Positions 28,234-37,214 are shown, numbered from the stretch's first letter. The stretch is 64,000 nucleotides of DNA from an uncultured Acidimicrobiaceae bacterium (GCA_963831155.1 CAWHOY010000007.1:68800-132799), one strand, 5' to 3'. Program-made: numbers and translations. Notes: generated from the letters alone by a model not told the origin.

Positions 28234-28890
28234 CTAAGAATCGAGATAGCGAAGCACCGCTAGCACTCGGCGGTGGTCGACCTGCGACACCGGTAGGTCG
28301 AGCTTGGTGAAGATGCTCGTCACATGCTTCTCGACCGCTCCCTCCGAAATGACGAGCGTTGTGGCGATGGCCGCATTCGTTCGGCCCTCTGCCATGAGCG
28401 CGAGTACCTCGCGCTCGCGCACTGAAAGGCTCGAGAGTGAATCCCGTCGACGGCTTGCGCCCACGAGTTGGGTCACGACCTCGGGATCAAGCGCCGTGCC
28501 CCCTGACGCGACGCGGACGATGGCCTCGACGAAGTCAGCGACGTCGGCCACGCGGTCTTTCAGCAGATACCCGATCCCGCCGGCGCCGTCGGCGAGTAGC
28601 TCGGCCGCGTAGCGCGTCTCGATGTACTGGGAGAAGAGGAGGATGCCGAGGTCAGGGTGCGCTCGCCTGACGTCGATCGCGAGTCGGAGCCCCTCGTCGG
28701 TAAAGGTCGGTGGCATGCGGATGTCGATCACGGCGACATCGGGCAGTTCGCGCCCGATGACGGCCCGCAGCGACTCGGGGTCGCCGACCGCGTCGATGAC
28801 GTTGAAGCCCCGGCCGGCGAGCAATTGCGTCAGCCCGTCGCGCAAGACAGCCGAGTCCTCGGCGATTGCGATGCGGATGGCGTCAGACAT
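28234..28890 (-). CDS. LuxR/NarL-family response regulator
   Basis: 218 aa with a receiver domain (IRIAIAEDS...VIDIRMPP) and a C-terminal LuxR HTH (LSVREREVLALMAEGRTNAAIA). Confidence 0.9.
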   Translation of the reverse strand: MSDAIRIAIAEDSAVLRDGLTQLLAGRGFNVIDAVGDPESLRAVIGRELPDVAVIDIRMPPTFTDEGLRLAIDVRRAHPDLGILLFSQYIETRYAAELLADGAGGIGYLLKDRVADVADFVEAIVRVASGGTALDPEVVTQLVGASRRRDSLSSLSVREREVLALMAEGRTNAAIATTLVISEGAVEKHVTSIFTKLDLPVSQVDHRRVLAVLRYLDS

Positions 28891-30297
28891 CTAGGTGTGC
28901 AACGGCAGATCGACGGTGGCCACAGTCGGGCCGCCGGCAGGGCTCGTCACGTCGAGGTGCCCGTCGACGGCGCGGACGCGCTCCGCCAGTCCGGACAGGC
29001 CGCTCGCAGTGGAGCTCGTTCGGATCGCCGCCCCGCCACGCCCGTCGTCGCGCACCACGATGCGGAGCCATGAGCCGGTTTGCGAACAGGTCACGGTCGA
29101 TAGCGATGCCCCGGCGTGCTGAGCGACGTTGGCGAGCAGTTCGGCGACACAGAAGTAGGCGATGGACTCTATGGCTTGGACGGGACGGTCTGTGACCGAG
29201 ACGGTGAGCTCAGTGGGCACCGTGCTCCGGGCGGCGAGCGTGCTCAGCGCGCCTTCGAGGCCGACGTCCAGCGCGGGCGGGTGAATTCCTCGGGCCAGGT
29301 CACGCAGCTCGACGATCGCTTCCTTGGCGCCTCGGTGCGCGTCCTCGACCAGCTGGCGGACCTGGTCCAGTTCGGGGCTGGCTTTGGCGTTGACGTCGAG
29401 CCGCTCTTTGGCCTCGCCAAGCCGCATCGCGAGCGCGACGAGCTGCGCCTGGGTCCCGTCGTGGAGATCGCGCTCGATCTGTCGCAGCACGGCGGCCGAG
29501 GCGTCGACGGTCTGCGCCCGTGCTGCTTCGAGAACGCGCATGCGAGCGGCGACGGCGTCGGGACCGAGGAGCAGGTGGACGAGTTGGCGGTCGACGCATA
29601 CGGCCAGTCGCATCGGCCAGGGCGCGATAAACAACAGCACCACCCCGGTGGCGACGATGAAGGCACCGTGGATCACGCCGTGCTCACCGACGGAAAAGAA
29701 CCCGGGGAAGAACACGTTGTAAACGACACCGTAGATCGCCGGGTGGGCGTTGCCGCGCTCGAAGAGCGGATAACCGAGGCAGGCCAGGACGTCCCACCAC
29801 ACGCTGATCGCGAACCAGACATTGAAGGCCGTCCAGACGGCCTTCAAGAAGAGATAGGCGATCGTCTTCCAGCCGATCTTGTCGCGCAGCGCCGCCTGTA
29901 GCCATCCGAATAGGCCGCGACGGCTCACGAAGGGCTCCGGATCTTCGATGGCGTCGGCGAGGAAATGGCGGGCGAGGTTGCGCTGGATGCTCCCAAACCA
30001 GCGCGATCCACGCACCCCGAGCGCGACGATGGCGACGCCGATGAAGGTGACGGCCAGCGCGGCACCACCTCCCAAGAAAAGAACCGAGAACGCCAGCCCG
30101 AGGGCAACAACCGGACAACCCAAGACGAAGTACGCGAGCTCTGCGTAAGTCCGCCGAGAGAACGGCTCGCGCACGAAGGTTCCTGCCGAGCGGCGGATCG
30201 CGGCTACCTGCGGCTCTGAAAGCCCGATGACCCGGTCCTTGCCACCCACCCGAAACTGCACCCGGATGCCACGCGACTCGACCGCGGCCTCCGTCAT
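28891..30297 (-). CDS. sensor histidine kinase (HisKA_3/NarX-like) with multi-TM N-terminal sensor region
   Basis: 468 aa with an H-box (IERDLHDGTQAQLVAL) and a C-terminal HATPase region. It directly abuts the response regulator gene. Confidence 0.85.
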   Translation of the reverse strand: MTEAAVESRGIRVQFRVGGKDRVIGLSEPQVAAIRRSAGTFVREPFSRRTYAELAYFVLGCPVVALGLAFSVLFLGGGAALAVTFIGVAIVALGVRGSRWFGSIQRNLARHFLADAIEDPEPFVSRRGLFGWLQAALRDKIGWKTIAYLFLKAVWTAFNVWFAISVWWDVLACLGYPLFERGNAHPAIYGVVYNVFFPGFFSVGEHGVIHGAFIVATGVVLLFIAPWPMRLAVCVDRQLVHLLLGPDAVAARMRVLEAARAQTVDASAAVLRQIERDLHDGTQAQLVALAMRLGEAKERLDVNAKASPELDQVRQLVEDAHRGAKEAIVELRDLARGIHPPALDVGLEGALSTLAARSTVPTELTVSVTDRPVQAIESIAYFCVAELLANVAQHAGASLSTVTCSQTGSWLRIVVRDDGRGGAAIRTSSTASGLSGLAERVRAVDGHLDVTSPAGGPTVATVDLPLHT

Positions 30298-30446
30298 CGA
30301 TCACTCTGCCCGACAACGGGTCCGCCGAGTTCCATGAAAGCGACGCTGCGGCCGATGAAGTCAAATCGGACGACCGAAGCGAAGATCAGGATTGGGATCG
30401 AGACCGAGTTGTCAGACTTATTGGTCACTGAGTGCGTCGCGATCAT
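30294..30446 (-). CDS. possible small membrane protein translationally coupled to the kinase
   Basis: Its TGA overlaps the kinase ATG (ATGA at 30294-30297). It has one hydrophobic segment (VSIPILIFASVV). A longer version runs to 30647 in the ORF track. There is no family match. Confidence 0.25.
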   Translation of the reverse strand: MIATHSVTNKSDNSVSIPILIFASVVRFDFIGRSVAFMELGGPVVGQSDR

Positions 30447-30720
30447 GGGTTCATTTTCGGGAACCGGGGAAGGGATGGCTATGGCGCCACCGGGCGTTTC
30501 TGCCGGGGGATAACCCGACTCCCCGAATGCCCGACGAGCCGGTGAAAGCAGGCTCAGCTCAGTATGTGTAATCGAAGCCCCAATTGAACGCGACCTGACT
30601 TGTTCCGTTCTTGCAGGAGTACGCGCAATACGTGCCGCCCCAGGCACAAGCCCACTTTGATCCGACCCTCAGCGGTCGGCGAGCAGCAAAACCGTGTGCG
30701 GAATAGGGCTTGCCCCACGA

Positions 30721-31608
30721 TTAGCCGAGCGAAACGACCGCGACGATGCTTTGCGAGGCTGCGAAACCTGGCGATCCGCTGAACGACGCCTGCACCCCGA
30801 TGCTGTCATCGACGACATCGCTCGCGGGTACCAGAATGCCGGCTGGGCCGGACCAGGTCGCGCCGTCGCTCGATTTCGGGTCGACGACGAACACCACGCC
30901 CACAAGGTTGGTCGTGTACGACCATACGAAGCCGACCGCTTTCGATGTAGTCACCGTTGTCCATGTTCCAAGTGTCGCACCGGTTGTTACGTCGACGAGG
31001 CTGATCGATTCTTGACCGCCAGTCGGTGTGCTGCGCGTCGTGCAGAGAATGCAATACGTGCCGGCCGCGGCAACAAGTTCTTTAGGCGCTTGCAAAGCTG
31101 CGCTGACTGAAGTTCTAGTAGCGAACTCCGTCGCCGTGGTTGTTGTCGTCGTCGTCACCGGAGGTCCAGTTGTTGACGTCACCAGAGGTTGAGTTGTCGG
31201 CGTCGTCACCGGAGGCCGAGTTGTCGTCGTCACCGGAGGCCGAGTTGTCGTCGCCGGTCGTGTCGTCGTCGCCGGAGGTCGAGTTGTTGTCGTTACCGGA
31301 ATCGTGACAGAGGTTGCTGCGCGCGGCAGTCGGGTTGTCGCGACCGCAGCCGGATTGGGGGACGTCCGTGAAACCGGGATGGTTGATGGCGGAATTTCGC
31401 GACCCGCGTCAAATACGGGCTCGTCGGACGCAGCGATCGCAGGCGCGGATGTCGAGGTCGGGATAGAAGCAGCCTGTCGTGTCTTGGTGTGGTTTGAACT
31501 ACCCGTCGAGCCGAACTCGTAGGTCGCCCAGTCACCGATCAGCAGCCCGATCGCGATGAGGGCGACGAGGGTTGCTATCCCGCGTCGACGTGCTCGACGA
31601 GACTCCAT
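30721..31608 (-). CDS. membrane-anchored Thr/Pro-rich repeat protein with unknown C-terminal domain
   Basis: 295 aa with an N-terminal TM (IATLVALIAIGLLIG) and a TTTRPPATTTRPATTTRPPVTTTTRPPVTT linker. Confidence 0.6.
   Translation of the reverse strand: MESRRARRRGIATLVALIAIGLLIGDWATYEFGSTGSSNHTKTRQAASIPTSTSAPAIAASDEPVFDAGREIPPSTIPVSRTSPNPAAVATTRLPRAATSVTIPVTTTTRPPATTTRPATTTRPPVTTTTRPPVTTPTTQPLVTSTTGPPVTTTTTTTATEFATRTSVSAALQAPKELVAAAGTYCILCTTRSTPTGGQESISLVDVTTGATLGTWTTVTTSKAVGFVWSYTTNLVGVVFVVDPKSSDGATWSGPAGILVPASDVVDDSIGVQASFSGSPGFAASQSIVAVVSLG
31140..31300 (-). repeat. coding tandem repeats (about 24-27 nt units) encoding the TTTRPP linker
   Basis: GTCGTCACCGGAGGCCGAGTTGTC-like units are repeated on the plus strand. 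Confidence 0.7.
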
Positions 31609-31902
31609 CGCGCGCCAATCCTCCGTTGCCCTCGGAATCGTCGCATCGGGGCCGATGCGGATTCAATGGGGGATCGATATCAGCCGGAAGTTGATCAGGC
31701 AAGGCGGATAAAGGCTGTCTGTTACAGGCAAAAACCTGATGGCAGCGAGCTTGTCAAAAGTTTGTTCGGGTGCGATGCGGGGATCGTCGCCCTCTCAGGT
31801 CAGAACTTTCGGGAACGGACTAGGACATGCCGCGCTCCGTGGCTTGACGGTCGGCACGGGAGCTGTAATCTTACTATCTTCCTAGTGGAATGGTAGTTTA
31901 GC

Positions 31903-32295
31903 TTGATCGATTTCAATCTCGACCCGGCTTCCGGAGTCGCGCCCTACCTGCAACTCGTTCACCAAGTTCGCCGAGCGCTGCGACTTGGACTTCTTCAGGT
32001 GGGCGACCAACTCCCAACCGTCAAGGAAGTCGTTGGACGCATTGCGATCAACCCGAACACCGTCGCCAAGGCCTACCGAGAACTGGAGCGCCAGGGCCTC
32101 GTCGCAGCGCGTCCAGGACTCGGGACCTTCGTCGTCGCCACCTTGGGAGACGCCTCCGTGGCCGCCCAGGGACCGTTGCGCACGAAGCTGCGGCGCTGGC
32201 TCCTCGAGGCACATCGGGCGGGGCTCGACCAAGAGAGCATCGAAGCGTTGTTCCACGACACCTCCCGAGCACTTTCCGACGAGGAGACAGCGTGA
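31903..32295 (+). CDS. GntR-family (YtrA-like) transcriptional regulator
   Basis: 130 aa. YLQLVHQVRRALRLGLLQVGDQLPTVKEVVGRIAINPNTVAKAYRELERQGLV is a winged-HTH. The short C-terminus is typical of the YtrA subfamily. Start is TTG. Confidence 0.8.
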   Translation: MIDFNLDPASGVAPYLQLVHQVRRALRLGLLQVGDQLPTVKEVVGRIAINPNTVAKAYRELERQGLVAARPGLGTFVVATLGDASVAAQGPLRTKLRRWLLEAHRAGLDQESIEALFHDTSRALSDEETA

Positions 32296-33188
32296 CGACC
32301 GTCCTTGAGACCGACGGGCTCGGCAAGCGCTACCGCCGGCGGTGGGCGCTTCGCGACTGCACTCTCGCCATTCCCGACGGACACGTCGTAGGCCTCGTCG
32401 GACCGAACGGCGCCGGGAAGAGCACGCTGCTGCAGCTCGCGGTCGGGCTCTTGGCACCGTCCGAGGGGAGCATCGAAGTCCTCGGCAAACACCCCGCAGA
32501 CGACGCCGTCCAGCTCAACCGCGTCGGCTTCGTTGCCCAAGACACCCCGCTCTACGCCGGACTGTCTGTGTCCGACCACCTCCACATGGGACAGAAGCTC
32601 GCCTCGCACTGGGACCCCGAACTCGCGACGCGTCGAATCTCCGAAGTGGAGCTCGATTCCCATCAACGAGCCGGCACGCTCTCCGGTGGTCAGCGAGCAC
32701 AGCTCGCCTTGACGCTCGCACTCGCGAAGCGACCAGAGCTGCTGCTCCTCGACGAACCCGTGGCGAGCCTGGACCCACTCGCCCGGCGGGACTTCCTCCG
32801 AGGGCTCATGGAGGTGGTTGCTGAGCACGAAACGGCGGTGGTCCTCTCCTCCCACCTCATCGCCGACCTCGAGCGAGTCTGTGACTACGTGATCGTCCTC
32901 GCGGCGGCGCGGGTGCAGCTTGCAGGCGAGGTCGAAGATCTCCTTGCTACTCACCACCGGCTGATTGGTCCCCGTCGGGATCTGAGCACGCTGCCGTCAA
33001 ATCACGAGGTGGTGGAGGCGAGCCACACCGACCGATCGAGCACCCTGCTCGTTCGAACGGACGACCCGATCCGCGATCCTTCGTGGTCCGTGGAGCGCAT
33101 CACCCTCGATGACCTCGTGCTTGCCTACATGGGCCGCGCTGTCGGGCAAGCACGGGATCGAGCATTCACGTTGGAGGCCGTCAGGTGA
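32292..33188 (+). CDS. ABC transporter ATP-binding protein
   Basis: 298 aa with GPNGAGKST, LSGGQRAQL and LLLLDEP. There is a GTGA overlap with the regulator gene. Confidence 0.9.
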   Translation: MTTVLETDGLGKRYRRRWALRDCTLAIPDGHVVGLVGPNGAGKSTLLQLAVGLLAPSEGSIEVLGKHPADDAVQLNRVGFVAQDTPLYAGLSVSDHLHMGQKLASHWDPELATRRISEVELDSHQRAGTLSGGQRAQLALTLALAKRPELLLLDEPVASLDPLARRDFLRGLMEVVAEHETAVVLSSHLIADLERVCDYVIVLAAARVQLAGEVEDLLATHHRLIGPRRDLSTLPSNHEVVEASHTDRSSTLLVRTDDPIRDPSWSVERITLDDLVLAYMGRAVGQARDRAFTLEAVR

Positions 33189-34240
33189 TCTGGCTCACGT
33201 GGCGACAGTTCCGACTCCCGGCGGTCGTCGCGTTCGCGGCGCTCGGAGTCGTGGCGATCATCCTCGCAATCACCGGCCCCCATATCGCGGACCTCTTCCA
33301 CACCAGCGTGGCGACATGCACGGTCGGTTGCTCGTCCGCGAAGAGCACCTTCGCTCGCTATGACCTCACGCTCCAGAATGGCTTGAACGCGCTCGTGATC
33401 TTTGCTCCGGCCCTGATCGGATTGTTCTGGGGCGCGCCGCTCGTGGCACGCGAGTTCGAGACGGGGACGTTCCGTCTGGCGTGGACAGAGGGCGTGACGA
33501 AACGATCCTGGATGGCGACGAAACTCGCCGGGGTTGGCCTCGCGTCGATGTTGCTTGCCGGGCTGCTCTCGTTGTTCGTCACCTGGTGGTCGAGCTCGTT
33601 CGACCGGGTGAACCTGAACCGCTTGTCGCCTGGCGTGTTCGCCGCGCGGGACATTGTCCCCATCGGTTATGCCGCTCTTGCGTTCACGCTCGGAGTGACC
33701 GTCGGACTCGTCATTCGCCGAACGATCCCGGCGATGGTGGTTGCGCTCGGCGCGTTCTTCGGAGCGCGACTCGGCATGACGTACTGGGTGCGTCCGCGCC
33801 TCGCGGCACCGTTGACCCTTGCCCGCAGCTACTGGACCCCCTCCCTCGCTCGCAGCTACGGAAGCGCTCTGTCCAAAGGCAAACCTTTGCCCTTTTCGTA
33901 TCCGATGACCGTCGCGGCTCCCCAGGGGGCGTGGGCGGTCTCGAACAACACCGTGAATGCAACGGGCCAGGTCGTCAGCACAATCGGTTGTGCCGCGAAC
34001 AGTGGCGTGAGAGTCCATGGCCACAAGCCAGGTCACCCAAGAGCGATCTCCATTCGCGCCAACAACGAAGCGGGCGACCGAGTGCTTCACGCTTGCCTCA
34101 CCCAGTTCCATCAGGTGCTCAGCTATCAGCCCGCCAGTCGCTTTTGGGGGTTCCAATGGGAGGAGCTAGCAATATTTGCCGGAGTCGCACTAGCGCTAAG
34201 TGGCTTCTGCGTCTGGTGGATCAGCCGCCGACTCGCCTGA
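33185..34240 (+). CDS. ABC-2-type transporter permease
   Basis: 351 aa with multiple TM segments. There is a GTGA overlap with the ATPase gene. Confidence 0.7.
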   Translation: MIWLTWRQFRLPAVVAFAALGVVAIILAITGPHIADLFHTSVATCTVGCSSAKSTFARYDLTLQNGLNALVIFAPALIGLFWGAPLVAREFETGTFRLAWTEGVTKRSWMATKLAGVGLASMLLAGLLSLFVTWWSSSFDRVNLNRLSPGVFAARDIVPIGYAALAFTLGVTVGLVIRRTIPAMVVALGAFFGARLGMTYWVRPRLAAPLTLARSYWTPSLARSYGSALSKGKPLPFSYPMTVAAPQGAWAVSNNTVNATGQVVSTIGCAANSGVRVHGHKPGHPRAISIRANNEAGDRVLHACLTQFHQVLSYQPASRFWGFQWEELAIFAGVALALSGFCVWWISRRLA

Positions 34241-34431
34241 ACGTTCGGGCGTACTAGTGGTCTCCACCGCGGCTCGATCGCTGCGCGATTTTGCCGTGGC
34301 TCATTCGAACCGCCCGCCAGTCGAAGTTGTCAGAGCGTCCGCTACCGCTCGTTGAAGTTGGCCGGGTCCCCGTGAAGTGAGCCATGCGTTGTGCGAGTCC
34401 AACGCCCATCATTGGGCAGGAGGACCGCACG

Positions 34432-34710
34432 ATGAAGCACCGTCATCACAGCCCCGAGCAGATCGTGAGGAAGCTCGCCGAAGCAGACAAGCTCCTCGCT
34501 GAAGGAAAAGACGTCGATGAAGTCGCCCGGCAGCTCGAGATCTCCGAGTCGACCTTCCACCGTTGGCGCAATCAATACGGCGGCATGAAGGCCGACGACG
34601 CGAAGCGCCTGCGCGAGCTCGAGAAAGAGAACAGCCGGCTGAAAAAGCTCCTCGCCGAAGCCGAGCTCGACAAGGCGATGCTGAAGGAGTTGGCTGAGGG
34701 AAACTTCTGA
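34432..34710 (+). CDS. IS3-family transposase OrfA (HTH)
   Basis: MKHRHHSPEQIVRKLAEADKLL...STFHRWRNQYGGM...LRELEKENSRLKKLLAEAELDKAMLKE shows an HTH plus a leucine-zipper-like end. A GGAGGA RBS precedes it. Confidence 0.8.
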   Translation: MKHRHHSPEQIVRKLAEADKLLAEGKDVDEVARQLEISESTFHRWRNQYGGMKADDAKRLRELEKENSRLKKLLAEAELDKAMLKELAEGNF

Positions 34711-34742
34711 CCCCGGACCGCCGAAGGAGAGCCGTCCTTCGG
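34698..34742 (+). promoter_or_regulatory. programmed -1 frameshift signal: slippery heptamer G_GGA_AAC plus downstream hairpin
   Basis: GGGAAAC at 34698-34704 is in correct X_XXY_YYZ phase with orfA, 1 codon before its stop. A hairpin CCGAAGGA-GAGCCG-TCCTTCGG lies at 34721-34742. Confidence 0.55.
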
Positions 34743-35573
34743 CTCGAGGAACGGTTCGGGGTCTCCGAGAGAAGGGCGTGTCTGGTCACCGGACAGTCGC
34801 GCTCGACTCAGCGCCTCCCGGTTCCCGTCCCATCTGACGACGAGCTCGCCCTCAGAGCGTGGCTGCGCGACTTCTCGCGTCGCCGTCCCCGCTGGGGATG
34901 GCGCAGAGCGGCGACCGAGGCGAAAGGAGAGGGATGGCGCGTGAACGACAAGCGCATCCACCGCCTGTGGCGAGAAGAAGGCCTGCGTGTGCCCCATCGC
35001 AAGCGCAAGAAGCCCCTGCGGGGCATCGGTGTCCACGTCGGCGCGATGTGCCCGATTCGACCGAACGTCGTCTGGGCGGCGGACTTCCAGTTCGATCAGA
35101 CGAGCAACGGCCGCACGATCAAGATCTTGAACCTCATCGACGAGTTCACAAGAGAAGCGCTTTCGACCGAGGTCGCCAGGTCGATCGACGCCGACCACGT
35201 CGTCTCGGTCTTGGACAAGATCGCGAAAGAACGCGGCCACCCCGCGTATCTCCGCTTCGACCACGGACCGGAGTTCATCGCCTACACGGTCGCCGACTGG
35301 TGCCGCTTCAACGGTGCACGAACGATCTTCATCGATCCCGGATCACCATGGCAGAACGGCTGGATCGAGTCGTTCAACGGGCGCATGCGCGACGAGCATT
35401 TGAACGGTCAGCTCTTCGACACCGTGTTCGAGGCACAGGTGCTCACCGAGGACTGGCGCGTCGACTACAACATGAACCGACCGCACAGCGCCCACGGCTG
35501 GAAGACACCAGCTGCGTTCGCCGCGGAGTGGACCATCACCCACCAACCAACACTCGCAGAACGAGTGGCTTAG
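34698..35573 (+). CDS. IS3-family transposase OrfB (rve/DDE integrase core), -1 frame relative to OrfA
   Basis: The frame is open from 34698. It reads ...RRACLVTGQSRSTQR...VWAADFQF...NLIDEFTRE...FDHGPEF...IDPGSPWQNGWIESFNGRMRDE, showing the D, D, E pattern. Confidence 0.8.
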   Translation, partial: GKLLTPDRRRRAVLRLEERFGVSERRACLVTGQSRSTQRLPVPVPSDDELALRAWLRDFSRRRPRWGWRRAATEAKGEGWRVNDKRIHRLWREEGLRVPHRKRKKPLRGIGVHVGAMCPIRPNVVWAADFQFDQTSNGRTIKILNLIDEFTREALSTEVARSIDADHVVSVLDKIAKERGHPAYLRFDHGPEFIAYTVADWCRFNGARTIFIDPGSPWQNGWIESFNGRMRDEHLNGQLFDTVFEAQVLTEDWRVDYNMNRPHSAHGWKTPAAFAAEWTITHQPTLAERVA

Positions 35574-35758
35574 TTATCGGGTCCCGGTCAAAGTGAGACT
35601 CAAGCGCGCGGCATAGGTACCGAACTATGACGCAAAGCCGGCGTTTTGGGGCGCTCCGAAATCATCCGACTCGTGAAAGTTTAGGGTCAGGCGAACGCTG
35701 CCGGCGGGTATCCGTTCATCGCCACGGGTTACGCCGGACGCAAGCGAATGTCCGTTGC

Positions 35759-36184
35759 TCAAGCTGCGTTATCGACCGGCTGAAGTGAGCCGTCGATAAC
35801 GAGCGAGTCGTCACGACCGCCGGAACGACTGCGCAGTGCCTCCCAGGCGCGAAGTCGCTCGGGCCTTAGCTGCCCTCCCTCGTAGAGATCCTGGAGGTAG
35901 CAGTGAAGGGCGGTCTGATCCCCGTTGGCCTCGAAACGTATGACCAGCGATTCCTCGCCGGACGACGAAAACTGACTCACTTCGCGGATGAACCGAACAC
36001 GTTTAACCTAATCAAGTCGCACGTCGAGGACCCATTTCGATTCCGGATCGCCGTGCTCAACGTGCCACCAGCGCCGGTCGTTCGTCACCCGAAAAAGCGG
36101 TTGGGTCGAGCCGCGCAGGTGGGTGGTGAGCCAGCCATTGCCGAAGACGAAGACAACTGGACCGCTCGACGATAGGTCGGTCAC
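35759..36184 (-). pseudogene. hypothetical gene interrupted by an in-frame TAG (36008-36010)
   Basis: GTG 36184 is followed by 58 codons (MTDLSSSGPVVFVFGNGWLTTHLRG...WVLDVRLD), then TAG. The same frame then continues into the 73-aa track ORF 35759-35980. No family was recognised. Confidence 0.3.
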
Positions 36185-36420
36185 CAGCGCGTCTCCAGTT
36201 CGTTGGCCGGAGCGTCTGATACTTCAACGATGTCCATGCCCGCGCTCCTTCCGATCGAGTGGCGAATCCTTCCTTGCAAACGCGGTCCGGTCCCTTCCCA
36301 TTCCCGCACCGCACTGACCCGGCGATCGGGGATTCGCGAGTGGGAAAGCAGTCCATGAGCGGTTGGCAGGTCAGAGGGCTATGGTGCGCGAGCACCTCAA
36401 CCGAGTGAAGGGAGCGATCC

Positions 36421-36600
36421 ATGAGCCGAAAAGTTGCAGATTGCCGAGACTTCCCAAGTGAAAGTGGATGCACGCTCACCATTTCGGGCGAGGAAGACGA
36501 GGTGGTAACTGCTGCAACCCAACACGCTGTCAGCGTTCACGGACACCAAGACACCGAAGAAGTCCGGACCTGGCTGCGGCAAAACTTGAAGGATGAGTGA
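36421..36600 (+). CDS. DUF1059-family small metal-binding protein (59 aa, below the ORF-track cutoff)
   Basis: MSRKVADCRDFPSESGCTLTISGEEDEVVTAATQHAVSVHGHQDTEEVRTWLRQNLKDE shows the C-x-D...G-C...EE-V...HA...HGH pattern of DUF1059. A GGGAG RBS precedes it. Confidence 0.65.
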   Translation: MSRKVADCRDFPSESGCTLTISGEEDEVVTAATQHAVSVHGHQDTEEVRTWLRQNLKDE

Positions 36601-36722
36601 CCCGTCGCCTCATAACGCTAACTGCGTCACATATGTGCGTACTGGGGCGGTCGCGTAACCGGAAGACACGTCTTAATTTACGCCGCCTGCTTCGAGAGCG
36701 CCCTCTTTGATGACGATCTGAG

Positions 36723-37172
36723 TTACCGGATCACTTCGGTGGCGTACTTCGCCATCGTTCGGCCGATGTCGGCCGGGTTGAGCATCCCCTGATCGTCGAC
36801 GGGGAGCTTGCCCAGATCACGGAAGTACTCGACGTAAAGGTCGGGCGTGAGCGTGCAGATGAACTCGGCTGCTTCGCCGAAAGGATTCGAGAAGGTGTGC
36901 GGCGTGCCCGCGGGGACGGTGACGCAGGATCCTGCGTCGACCTCGACGCTGTCTGCTCCCGAGGTGAACCTGAGCTTGCCTTCGGTCACGACGAAGATCT
37001 CGTCGTGGTCACGGTGAAGGTGCTGAGGCGGCGCGCCCGGGCCCGGCGGCACCGTCGCTTGGATAAGACCGAGGCGGTGGTCGGTGTGCGAGCCGTCCTC
37101 GATGATGCGGCAGCGGATCGGCCCACCGCCTGATTGCTCGCCGCCGTTCGGTTCGACGACATGGATCGACAT
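36723..37172 (-). CDS. cupin-domain protein (classical HxH type)
   Basis: 149 aa with PPQHLHRDHDEIFVVTEGKL and VPAGTPHTFSN. Confidence 0.75.
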   Translation of the reverse strand: MSIHVVEPNGGEQSGGGPIRCRIIEDGSHTDHRLGLIQATVPPGPGAPPQHLHRDHDEIFVVTEGKLRFTSGADSVEVDAGSCVTVPAGTPHTFSNPFGEAAEFICTLTPDLYVEYFRDLGKLPVDDQGMLNPADIGRTMAKYATEVIR

Positions 37173-37214
37173 CTTTCTCTCCTTTGCGATTGCGTAGATG
37201 TTGTGACTTCGGGG

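Larger units (their letters stand above)
34359..35590 (+). mobile_element. IS3-family insertion sequence (copy IS3-1), about 1.23 kb
   Basis: The ends are TG...CA. IRL TGGCCGGGTCCCCGT versus IRR reverse complement TGACCGGGACCCGAT gives 11/15 matches. It is flanked by an identical AAGT at 34355-34358 and 35591-35594. It has the orfA/orfB -1 arrangement. Confidence 0.75.

Noticed and set aside
30559-30720. A 54-codon stop-free stretch in the same frame directly after the TAA of the Thr/Pro-rich protein, ending ...WACAWGGTYCAYSCKNGTSQVAFNWGFDYTY, which looks like a Cys-rich peptide.
   Set aside because: There is no ATG/GTG/TTG start and no RBS. A stop-free run of this length is not rare at this GC content, so there is no support beyond appearance.
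34305-34314. TCGAACCGCC, identical to part of the tRNA-Val T-arm region (48278-48287), lying between the permease gene and IS3-1. It could be an att remnant marking the far island border.
   Set aside because: The exact match is only 10 nt. By rough estimate, about one or more such matches is expected by chance across this region. The flanking bases do not extend the match into a tRNA 3' half.
27705-36184. Amber (TAG) codon reassignment or pyrrolysine as the explanation for the two in-frame TAGs.
   Set aside because: TAG clearly terminates well-supported genes in the same window. Examples are CoA-transferase 1 at 3427-3429, with the next gene starting 2 nt later, the LLM gene at 5738-5740, and IS3-1 orfB. 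No pyl genes are visible. Pseudogenisation or sequencing error is more parsimonious.
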